Below, in pieces: positions 56,053 to 64,000 of a stretch of 64,000 nucleotides of DNA. The position numbers were made by a program, and so were the translations under genes. Every line of letters starts with the position of its first letter. The stretch's first letter is position 1. Location of the stretch: IMG/VR virus record IMGVR_UViG_3300047673_000352; one strand, written 5' to 3'. The notes beneath the pieces are model-generated. The model was given only the letters and a program-made list of their open reading frames with translations. It made no database searches and was not told the origin of the DNA. The stretch comes from an uncultured virus (IMG/VR IMGVR_UViG_3300047673_000352). Lineage: Duplodnaviria > Heunggongvirae > Uroviricota > Caudoviricetes.

Positions 56053-56231
56053 CCGTGGCCATCGACATCGTACGCACGCGCGACCGTGCGAAAATCTTCA
56101 GCGACGAACTGGCAAAGATCGTCCAGAAGCACGTGGAAGAAACCACCGGACGCCAGGTGCACTCCGTCGAATTCCACGCAGGCCGCAACGAACTTGGTGC
56201 GGTAACAATTCACTTCGAGTTCAAGGATTAA
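56049..56231 (+). CDS. Hypothetical protein
   Basis: ATGA coupling. Confidence 0.55.
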   Translation: MTVAIDIVRTRDRAKIFSDELAKIVQKHVEETTGRQVHSVEFHAGRNELGAVTIHFEFKD

Positions 56232-56233
56232 GC

Positions 56234-56911
56234 ATGACCAAGCACATTCTCGTAACCGGTTCGTCAACCGGCCTGGGCGCGGCAGTCTGCGTTGCACTCC
56301 GTGATGCCGGTCATTTCGTGCACGAGTACGATGTGATCAACGGCGATGACGTTCGCAATCCGTCGCGCTGGCTCAAAGACCTGCCGCAGCTGGATGCGAT
56401 CATCAACTGCGCAGGCATCAACGACAACCGCTGGTTCGAAGAGGTTCAAGAGCGCGATTTTTTCGAACTGATGGACGTGAATGCGTTTTCCTTTGTCCGG
56501 ATGACGCAGGCCGTCTTGCCGCAGCTGAAGCGTTCGCGTGGTTTTGTGATCAACATAGTGTCCAATGCTGCACACATGCCAATGACGTCGAGCCTTTCAT
56601 ACAACGCGTCGAAGGCTGCAGCGCTGATGATCACGAAGCAGATGGCGCACGAACTGACGCCGAAATACGGCATCACCGTCTTCAGCGTGTCACCGAACAA
56701 ACTGGCGGGCACCGGTATGTCGAAGGCTATCGAAGCCAACGTGTGCAAGGTGCGCGGCTGGTCGCCGGAATACGCGGCTGAGTATCAGAAGAAGGCGTTG
56801 ATGCACGGTCTGGAAACGCCGCCCGAAGCCGTGGCGGAACTCATCAGCGGTCTGTTGACGGTCGGCAACGGGCTGTATCTGTCCGGTTGTGACATTCCGT
56901 TTGGAAAATAA
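56234..56911 (+). CDS. Classical short-chain dehydrogenase/reductase
   Basis: TGSSTGLG, NCAG, catalytic Ser and YNASK. Confidence 0.9.
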   Translation: MTKHILVTGSSTGLGAAVCVALRDAGHFVHEYDVINGDDVRNPSRWLKDLPQLDAIINCAGINDNRWFEEVQERDFFELMDVNAFSFVRMTQAVLPQLKRSRGFVINIVSNAAHMPMTSSLSYNASKAAALMITKQMAHELTPKYGITVFSVSPNKLAGTGMSKAIEANVCKVRGWSPEYAAEYQKKALMHGLETPPEAVAELISGLLTVGNGLYLSGCDIPFGK

Positions 56912-56921
56912 GGAGTAGGAA

Positions 56922-57176
56922 ATGAAAGGCAAGGAAATGCTTGGCTACACGATGCGCGATATCGTCACCGGCTTCGTCGGCGTTGCAGTCGGCCACGTTG
57001 AGTACATCACCGGATGCGATCAACTTCTGCTGGTGCCGTCCGTCGATGAGAGCGGCAAGCTGCGCGAGTCCAATTGGTTCGACACGCAGCGCTGCGAACT
57101 CCTTCCGACTCAGCCTGTCGTGACCGTGGACAACAGCAAGTTCAACGGACCCGACAAGGAAGCGCCCAAGCGCTGA
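56922..57176 (+). CDS. Small conserved phage protein
   Basis: D.VTGF.GVA....EY.TGC.Q..L.P...WFD..R. Confidence 0.65.
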   Translation: MKGKEMLGYTMRDIVTGFVGVAVGHVEYITGCDQLLLVPSVDESGKLRESNWFDTQRCELLPTQPVVTVDNSKFNGPDKEAPKR

Positions 57177-57182
57177 ACGCAG

Positions 57183-57398
57183 ATGTCTCTCGAAAAGGAT
57201 TTGCGCGAAGCCGTCACGGAACTCGCATTCGAAGACGAAGCCGCTGCCCAAGTGGTTTTGCTCTTCGTTCGCGGCATGACCGGCGACACCCATGACCAGT
57301 CCGCGTCTTCGATGACGTTCCACCTTGGGCAAGCGCTCATGGAACACGAAGGCGACCCGGAAGACTCGATCAACGCAACACCAACTCAGCAAGGTTAA
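57183..57398 (+). CDS. Hypothetical acidic protein
   Basis: Operon packing. Confidence 0.5.
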   Translation: MSLEKDLREAVTELAFEDEAAAQVVLLFVRGMTGDTHDQSASSMTFHLGQALMEHEGDPEDSINATPTQQG

Positions 57399-57401
57399 GC
57401 A

Positions 57402-57926
57402 ATGCCACACTTTCGTGTAGAACAAATCGCCCTGTGCGCAGACAACTCCGTGCGCGCGCGCAACTTCCTGGCTGATCTGGGCCTGTCCGAATGGCACCAC
57501 GATACGGTCGTTGCACGCGGCTCCGTCTTCACGGAGAAAGACTGCGAGAACACCGCGCATCTGGCCTTCAACTATCAGGCCGGCAACGGTTCGGACTCTG
57601 GCGCGGGCAAGCCGCTGGAACTCGAAATTCTCGATTATGTCGAAGGCGATAACTGGATGGAAGTATCGCGCGAGTCTGGCGAAACGGGCCAATTCGGCGC
57701 GGTGAGCCACTTGGGCATGCACGTGACGGAAGAAGAGTTGACCGGCTTCGACCTCGTGATGCAAAAGCACGACATCAAGATCGCCCAGCGCGTCGTAACG
57801 CAGTCGCACACCAACCCGGTGATCAAGGACTCGCGTCGCTACAAGTACGTGATCTATGACACGCGCTTCTTGATCGGTGTCGATCTGAAGTTCATCGTGC
57901 GTCTTCCGTACAATTCGGCGCAGTAA
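57402..57926 (+). CDS. VOC-superfamily protein (glyoxalase / methylmalonyl-CoA-epimerase-like)
   Basis: EQIAL...LELEIL.Y..G.NW...SHLGMHV...Y..YDT...IG...KFI. Confidence 0.7.
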   Translation: MPHFRVEQIALCADNSVRARNFLADLGLSEWHHDTVVARGSVFTEKDCENTAHLAFNYQAGNGSDSGAGKPLELEILDYVEGDNWMEVSRESGETGQFGAVSHLGMHVTEEELTGFDLVMQKHDIKIAQRVVTQSHTNPVIKDSRRYKYVIYDTRFLIGVDLKFIVRLPYNSAQ

Positions 57927-58050
57927 AATAGGCGCGTTCCGTCTACTCAAAGACAGCCAAGGAACGTCGCCAACATACGGTTTCAAGCCAGGCTGCGGCC
58001 GTCGATGTTGGTTCGGCTCTGGCTCTCAGCCGTAATCCGTTTGCCCAAGG

Positions 58051-58076
58051 AGCCGCGCCCGTCGCGGCTTTTTGTT
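58051..58076 (+). terminator. Intrinsic terminator at the end of a structured intergenic region
   Basis: AGCCGCG-cccgt-CGCGGCT followed by TTTTGTT. Confidence 0.8.
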
Positions 58077-58102
58077 ACCTCTAGCCAGAAAGGACTAGAT
58101 TC

Positions 58103-58669
58103 ATGTTATTTTCCGTGTTTGACTGGGAAACCACCGGCCTGCCATTTCATCCGGACGCCGAACTATCCAAACAGCCGCGCGCCATCGAATTCGGTGGCAT
58201 CATTACGGACGGCGAAGAGATTCTGGACACGTTGGAGTTCATCTGCAATCCTGGCATTGCCATCGAAGCGATCATCACCGAAATCACCGGGTTGAAGAAT
58301 GAAGACCTGGAAGACAAGCCGCCCTTTGAGCATTTCATTCCGCAACTCACCGGATACTTCGCCGCGACGCGCGGACGGATCGCGCACAACCTGTCGTTCG
58401 ATAAGGGCATCTTAGCCTTCGACCTTCGACGCCTGGGAAAGACGCTGGATGAAGTCTGCTGGCGCGGCTCGAACGGCGATGCCATCGAGATTTGCACGGT
58501 CGAGCAAACCTTCATGAAGTACGGCAAACGGATGCGCCTGCAAGACCTTCATGAACTCCACTTTGGCCCGTACGTCCAGAAGCACAGAGCGCTGGATGAC
58601 GTGATCTTGCTGCACAAAATCGCCAAGGCAGAAGGCGTCTATGAAGCGTTCAAAGGAGTCGCGCGATGA
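58103..58669 (+). CDS. dnaQ: DEDDh 3'-5' exonuclease (epsilon-like)
   Basis: FDWETTG, AHN..FD, HRALDD. Confidence 0.9.
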   Translation: MLFSVFDWETTGLPFHPDAELSKQPRAIEFGGIITDGEEILDTLEFICNPGIAIEAIITEITGLKNEDLEDKPPFEHFIPQLTGYFAATRGRIAHNLSFDKGILAFDLRRLGKTLDEVCWRGSNGDAIEICTVEQTFMKYGKRMRLQDLHELHFGPYVQKHRALDDVILLHKIAKAEGVYEAFKGVAR

Positions 58670-61515
58670 GCATGCCGCAACTGAGGGTTCGCAGCGGGTA
58701 TTCGTACCGCAATGCGTATGGACGCCACCCAGAGATTGTCGAGCGTTTGAAGGAGTTGGGTTGCGAACGCGCCGCACTCGTGGATGCCGGTACGTGGGGT
58801 CACGTCCGCTTCGAGAACGCGCTGAAGAAGGCCGAACTGACGCCGATGTTCGGCATGGAGATTCCGGTGTTGACGCTGGGCGAGGACGGCGAGCCGGTAG
58901 GATTTAAGCCAGTCGCCTGGGTGCTGGCAAAGGACACGAAGAAGTTCTACAACCTCACGACGAAGAGTGTGGCAAATAAGGGGCTTACTGATGCGGAGCT
59001 TTCTGGCGCAGATGGTGTCATTCGCTTTTGCGGTGGCGCGCACACCCTCAGTCTGGGCGCATACGATTACATCGACGTCAACCCGGCTTCGTTCACCCAC
59101 GCCTATCACGCCGTCCAACTCGCGCGGCGTACCGGTAAGCCGATGGTCATCACATCTTACAACGACATGCCGCACCCGAAGCACCAGCGGTTTGCGTATG
59201 CTTGGGAAGTTCGTGACTCTGTCGGAGTGCGCCATATAGCGTCTGAGGACGAGATTTGGGAACAGGTGAAGTGGTTCATGACGCGCGACGAGTTCACGCT
59301 GGCCGTAGCCAACACGTACGCGGTCGCTGAGCAGATGGATGGGGTATCGCTCCAGAAGGCACCGCTGATCCACCTAGAAGGCGATCTGGTGGCACTAGCG
59401 CGCGAAGGGCAACGGAGCCGCCTGACGCGCGGCCATATTACCGAATGGACGGACGAATATGAAGCGCGCTTCCTCATGGAAATCGAGCAGATTCAACTCA
59501 AGAAGTTTGATTCATACTTTCTTGTGGTGTCTGATCTGGTGCGGTACGCGAAGGAGCATATGCTGGTCGGTCCCGCTCGCGGCTCGTCTGCAGGCTCGCT
59601 GGTGTGCTATCTGCTGGGCATCACCGAAGTTGACCCGATCCCGCACGACTTACTATTCCAGCGATTCATTGACATTAGTCGCGCTGACTTGCCTGACATT
59701 GACATCGACTTTACGGACACCAAACGACATCTGGTTTTTGAGTACCTTCAGGATAAGTACGGTGCCGCCAACGTCGCGAAGCTGGGCAATATTAACACAC
59801 TGCAAGCTAATAGTGTGATGGCGCAGGTCGGCAAACGCTTTGGAGTGCCTTACAGTGAAACGGCAAACGTCAAGAATGCGCTCATCGTCTACTCATCTGG
59901 TGACGCGCGTTACGGGAAGGGTCTGCAGGATACCTTTGACGGCACGGAGCCTGGCCAGGAGTTTATGCGCCGCTTTCCCGAAGCCGCGCAGTGCATGGGC
60001 GATCTTGAGATTCATCCATCTCACACCGGTGTCCACGCTGCCGGCATCCTGGTTTGTAATGACCCGGTCAGCGACTACTGCACAGTCAACGTCGAAGGTG
60101 TGGCCCAGATCGACAAGCCAGATTCCGAATACCTTAACCTGCTCAAGATCGACGCCTTGGGTCTTCGCACCCTTGGCATTATCGAAGACAGTGGTGTGGT
60201 CACCGCAGAACAACTGTTTTCGCTTAAGCTGGACGACCCGGAAGTCTTCAAGGTCATCAATGAAGACCGTGTCAGCGGCATCTTCCAGTTCGAAGGCGAT
60301 GCGGTGCGGTCGGTTACTCGCTCTGTTAATGTCGATAGGTTCTCGAAGATTGACAACTTAACGGCGTTGGCGCGGCCAGGCCCGCTTGCGTCCGGTATGG
60401 CACAGAAGTACATCGCCCGCGCCGCTGGCAAGGAGCCGGTTACATACGATGTGCCGCAGCTGGAGAAGTACCTGAAGGACACGTTTGGCGTCTTCTTGTA
60501 CCAAGAGCAGATCATGTCGGTGGTGAAGGAAATCGGCCTGTTTGACTGGGTCAAAACCTCTGCCGTCCGAAAGGCCATGTCAGGGAGAAAAGGCGAAGAG
60601 TACTTCAACAAGATGGGCGAGGACTTCGTTGCTGGCGCGACTTCCCAAGGAGTCCCGATTGACCAGGCGAAGAAAATCTGGCAAGAAATGGTTACTTTCG
60701 GGTCTTGGGGCTTCAATAAGTCTCACTCCGTTTCTTACGCTGTCGTCACATACTGGACCTGCTGGCTCAAGCGCTATCACAAACTTGAGTTTGCTGCTGC
60801 GTGCCTTCGTGCCGCGAAGGACGATGAACAGACAATCGCCATTCTCCGCGAACTCGCAAAGGAAGGGGTTTCGTACACGCCGATTGACCCTGAATTTTCC
60901 GAGATGCATTGGAAAGTAGCTGATGGACGACTCATCGGCGGAATCCAGAACGCGAAGGGCTTTGGCCCCGTCAAGGCAACTAAGTATATCCAAGCGCGCG
61001 AGAAGTGGAAAGAACGGCTCTCGTTTGGGCCGCTGACGAAGAAGGAGTGGAAGGAGTATTCCAAGCACGTCGAATCGCTCGCCAAGGCTGAGGTTATGTA
61101 TCAAGACCTCGCAGAAGCGCATACGAAGTGGGGTCACTTCTACAAGAACCCTTCGCTGGTCGGCGTAACGTCCGGCAATCCGATCATCAACATGAAGGAG
61201 TGCGGCGACCGCGACGAGTGTCTGGTCATTGCTAAGCTCACCAAAAAGATTCTCGCGGACGAGAACGAAGCAATCCGGATTAAGAAGCGTGGCGGCAAGG
61301 TTCTTAAGGGTGAAACTCAGTTCATCGACTTGATGATGGTGGACGATTCAACCGACTCGCCAATGCGGTTCCGTGTGCGTCCGGATAAGTACAAGCAGCA
61401 TGGCAAGCCTATCGCGGAAACCGCGCCGCTTGGCTCGTGGTTCCTGGTCCGCGCCTGGAAGATCAGTGGCATCGACATGTTCATTATCAAGAACGTTAAA
61501 AGGATTGACCAATGA
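58666..61515 (+). CDS. dnaE: DNA polymerase III alpha (family C)
   Basis: GP.RGS.AGSLV, PDIDID, HAAG, K.D.LGL, YQEQIM, FNKSH. Confidence 0.95.
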   Translation: MSMPQLRVRSGYSYRNAYGRHPEIVERLKELGCERAALVDAGTWGHVRFENALKKAELTPMFGMEIPVLTLGEDGEPVGFKPVAWVLAKDTKKFYNLTTKSVANKGLTDAELSGADGVIRFCGGAHTLSLGAYDYIDVNPASFTHAYHAVQLARRTGKPMVITSYNDMPHPKHQRFAYAWEVRDSVGVRHIASEDEIWEQVKWFMTRDEFTLAVANTYAVAEQMDGVSLQKAPLIHLEGDLVALAREGQRSRLTRGHITEWTDEYEARFLMEIEQIQLKKFDSYFLVVSDLVRYAKEHMLVGPARGSSAGSLVCYLLGITEVDPIPHDLLFQRFIDISRADLPDIDIDFTDTKRHLVFEYLQDKYGAANVAKLGNINTLQANSVMAQVGKRFGVPYSETANVKNALIVYSSGDARYGKGLQDTFDGTEPGQEFMRRFPEAAQCMGDLEIHPSHTGVHAAGILVCNDPVSDYCTVNVEGVAQIDKPDSEYLNLLKIDALGLRTLGIIEDSGVVTAEQLFSLKLDDPEVFKVINEDRVSGIFQFEGDAVRSVTRSVNVDRFSKIDNLTALARPGPLASGMAQKYIARAAGKEPVTYDVPQLEKYLKDTFGVFLYQEQIMSVVKEIGLFDWVKTSAVRKAMSGRKGEEYFNKMGEDFVAGATSQGVPIDQAKKIWQEMVTFGSWGFNKSHSVSYAVVTYWTCWLKRYHKLEFAAACLRAAKDDEQTIAILRELAKEGVSYTPIDPEFSEMHWKVADGRLIGGIQNAKGFGPVKATKYIQAREKWKERLSFGPLTKKEWKEYSKHVESLAKAEVMYQDLAEAHTKWGHFYKNPSLVGVTSGNPIINMKECGDRDECLVIAKLTKKILADENEAIRIKKRGGKVLKGETQFIDLMMVDDSTDSPMRFRVRPDKYKQHGKPIAETAPLGSWFLVRAWKISGIDMFIIKNVKRIDQ

Positions 61516-61670
61516 CAGTTACCGCCTTTCTCGTCCTGATGGACGTTGTAGCCAGTCTGGCGGCAATCGCCGGGTGCTCTTGCGCTGCGGTTGGCGAACG
61601 CGCGGCAGCGCTTGTCTTGTGGATTCTGGCCGCGCTCCTTTTCTTCGTTACTGCTCACTACGGAATCTGA
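61512..61670 (+). CDS. Small two-helix membrane protein, 52 aa
   Basis: Hand-translated MTVTAFLVLMDVV...LLFFVTAHYGI*; ATGA overlap with dnaE. Confidence 0.5.
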   Translation: MTVTAFLVLMDVVASLAAIAGCSCAAVGERAAALVLWILAALLFFVTAHYGI

Positions 61671-61671
61671 C

Positions 61672-62088
61672 ATGACCCGCCAACGCGAACAAAAATCCTG
61701 GGACGCCTTCAGCAAGGCGTTCGATCCACGGCAGTTGAAGCCGTTCCGAATCGAGAACCTGTACAGTGGCAGCGGAATGCCTGATGTACTCCTAATCAAC
61801 CGGCGCGGCACCGTCTTCTGGATCGAGAACAAGGCAATCGAGAATTGGCCTGTGCGAGCGACGACAAAGCCGCTGCGTGATGCCTTCGAGCCTGGCCAGC
61901 TTGGCTTCCAACGGCAGTGGCGCGAGTGGCACGGAATCGCCTTCACGCTGCTGCGTGTCGGTCTGGACTACTACCTGCTGGACCCGGATGAACCTCTGGA
62001 CGAGATGACGCGCGAAGAGTTGGTTGAGCTTGCCGTTATCCAGCACGGAAAGACCGAGATTGCAACTTACCTGGAGAATCTGAAGTGA
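61672..62088 (+). CDS. PD-(D/E)xK nuclease (VRR-NUC / resolvase-like)
   Basis: RIEN....GMPDV...WIE.K...Q; adjacent to the SNF2 helicase. Confidence 0.8.
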   Translation: MTRQREQKSWDAFSKAFDPRQLKPFRIENLYSGSGMPDVLLINRRGTVFWIENKAIENWPVRATTKPLRDAFEPGQLGFQRQWREWHGIAFTLLRVGLDYYLLDPDEPLDEMTREELVELAVIQHGKTEIATYLENLK

Positions 62089-63557
62089 AGACCCAACCGA
62101 TGAAGCACCAAAGCGCGGCTATCCAAAAGTCAGAGGGCAAGCGCAATTTCGCGTACTTCGCGGAACAGGGCACCGGAAAGACATGGATGCTGCTGGCGGA
62201 CGCTGAACGCGCGTTCCTGGCGGGCAAGATCGACGCGCTGCTGGTCTTCGCTCCGAAAGGAGTCCATACCAACTGGGTGCTGCGCGAGATTCCGAAGCAC
62301 CTGAGCGCGCCTGCTGTGATGTACTCTTGGAGCGGTCCCGTCAAGACCAAGCGCCAGAAGGAAGGCGTTGCAAAGCTGATGGACGCGAAGAAGTCAACCG
62401 GTTGCCTGCGCGTTCTCACGATGAACTTCGAAGCGATGCTGCAACCAGCCGCGCGGGAGTTCGTGGACGAGTTCATCGCGCAGTACCGCACGATGGCTGT
62501 CGTGGACGAGTCCAAGAAGATCGGCAACCCGGATGCGAAGCGTACGAAGTACATCATTGAGGCCGGTCGCAACGCAGAGGCGCGACGTATCCTGTCCGGC
62601 AAGCCGCTGACCAAGGCACCGATGGACCTGTTCAGCCAATTCGACTTCCTGAAGAGCGGGCTGCTGGGCACGAAGTCTTACCGCGCTTTCGTCGCAGAGT
62701 ATGCGGTGTTGCTTGACCCGCGCTCGCCCAAGATGCAGGGGTTGATCCGCAAGATGGGTCCGAAGGCTGCTTACGCCCAGGTGGTGGACGTTGACGACTT
62801 CGGCAACAAGAAGTATCAGAACCTGGACAAGCTTGCGGCCATGATCGAACCGCACATGTACCGCGTCCGCAAAGACGAGTGCCTGGACTTGCCGCCGAAG
62901 GTCTATGAGCAGCGCATCTTCCAGCTGAGCGATGAGCAGCGCGCCGTGTACGACCAGCTGGAACACGAGTACGCGTACAAGTCCAAGACGGAAGGCGAAA
63001 TGTCGTTTGAAGCCATCGCCGCGCGCTCGAAGATGAAGCAGGTAACGTCCGGTTTCATCAACGTGTACGGCGAACCGGAGTTGATCGACCCGGAGCGCAA
63101 CCCGCGCATGGAGACCTTCTTGGATGTGGTGGACGACATCGAAGGGCAGTTCATCGTCTGGGCGATCTACCGGCATGAGATTGAACACATCGTCAAGGCG
63201 CTGGAAGAGCAGGGCATCAGCACCGTCCAGTACCACGGCGGCGTAAAGGACGGCGAACGGGAATTGGCCGTTGACGAGTTCCAGGCCGGCAGGGTGCGGG
63301 CGTTTGTGTGCAACAAGGCTGCGTATGCAGGGTTGACGCTTACCGCTGCGCGCACGTCGATCTACTACAGCTGTGATTACGACAATGACGTGCGTGGCCA
63401 GTCGGAGGACCGTAATCACCGAATCGGCACGACCGGTCCTGTCCTGTATGTTGACCTGATTGCGGAGGATACTCTTGATGAGGATATCGCCGCGAACCTG
63501 GCGGCCAAAGACGCCATTGCCGATCACGTGATTGATAAGCGTCCTCTGTCTGTATAG
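62085..63557 (+). CDS. SNF2-family helicase
   Basis: EQGTGKT, VDES, LSG.P, GLTL, QSEDR.HRIG. Confidence 0.9.
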   Translation: MKTQPMKHQSAAIQKSEGKRNFAYFAEQGTGKTWMLLADAERAFLAGKIDALLVFAPKGVHTNWVLREIPKHLSAPAVMYSWSGPVKTKRQKEGVAKLMDAKKSTGCLRVLTMNFEAMLQPAAREFVDEFIAQYRTMAVVDESKKIGNPDAKRTKYIIEAGRNAEARRILSGKPLTKAPMDLFSQFDFLKSGLLGTKSYRAFVAEYAVLLDPRSPKMQGLIRKMGPKAAYAQVVDVDDFGNKKYQNLDKLAAMIEPHMYRVRKDECLDLPPKVYEQRIFQLSDEQRAVYDQLEHEYAYKSKTEGEMSFEAIAARSKMKQVTSGFINVYGEPELIDPERNPRMETFLDVVDDIEGQFIVWAIYRHEIEHIVKALEEQGISTVQYHGGVKDGERELAVDEFQAGRVRAFVCNKAAYAGLTLTAARTSIYYSCDYDNDVRGQSEDRNHRIGTTGPVLYVDLIAEDTLDEDIAANLAAKDAIADHVIDKRPLSV

Positions 63558-63611
63558 CTTCACCGCTATGCAGGATAATTGCCTCAACGAATTGGAGAAA
63601 GGAAGAACGGC

Positions 63612-63947
63612 ATGACACCAAAAGTATTCATCCCACAGCTTGTCAAGAAGTACGACACAAAGTTGCGCGCCTTTGTACCGGTGCACAACTTCGATAGCGC
63701 GGCATCGTTCGGAGTTCTAAGGGTGATCCTGGACAAGAGTGATGACCCGATGTTCTTGCCGACTCTGACGCGCAAGATTCAGGACGCTCTGGAAGACTTC
63801 ACTTACGACGACTATTTTGTTGCTGTGGGCGATCCTTCCGTCATTTCGGTCTGCAGCGGCATCATCCTTCGCCGCCAGGACTATTTCAAAATGCTCAAAT
63901 GGGATAAGAAGATGACCCAGTACATAACGATGGAGGTTCAACTGTGA
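63612..63947 (+). CDS. Conserved hypothetical protein
   Basis: A..FG.L...DY....GDP...LKWD.....Y. Confidence 0.65.
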   Translation: MTPKVFIPQLVKKYDTKLRAFVPVHNFDSAASFGVLRVILDKSDDPMFLPTLTRKIQDALEDFTYDDYFVAVGDPSVISVCSGIILRRQDYFKMLKWDKKMTQYITMEVQL

Positions 63948-64000
63948 TCGACAGCAAATTCATTCCGCCCAACGAAACTGTCATGGACATTGGCGGAATC

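Overview
The window is about 64 kb of a lytic contractile-tailed dsDNA phage with PB1/E217/BcepF1-type gene content and order. A betaproteobacterial (Burkholderia-like) host is an inference. Minus strand 1-24.3 kb carries the baseplate, tail, neck, capsid and portal genes. TerL (28.2-29.8 kb) and TerS (42.7-43.4 kb) are separated by plus-strand early-gene islands driven by sigma70-type promoters. 44-64 kb is the replication block: VapE-type helicase, RepB-like primase, Dda-like helicase, nucleotide-metabolism cluster, DEDDh exonuclease, DnaE and SNF2 helicase. No complete integrase, CRISPR array, canonical tRNA or lysis cassette is visible. The most notable observations are: (1) a chimeric protein joining tyrosine-integrase DNA-binding domains to a GIY-YIG nuclease; (2) a candidate DNA base-modification pathway (divergent ThyX, Glf-like flavoprotein, SDR, VOC enzyme, two HAD proteins); (3) a 113-nt CCA-ending tRNA-like RNA with no anticodon loop; (4) two inverted homologous hairpins flanking an AT-rich core, a candidate origin; (5) an ACAC-N10 late-promoter motif and repeated translation-initiation sequences. 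All family assignments come from motif recognition by eye, not database searches.
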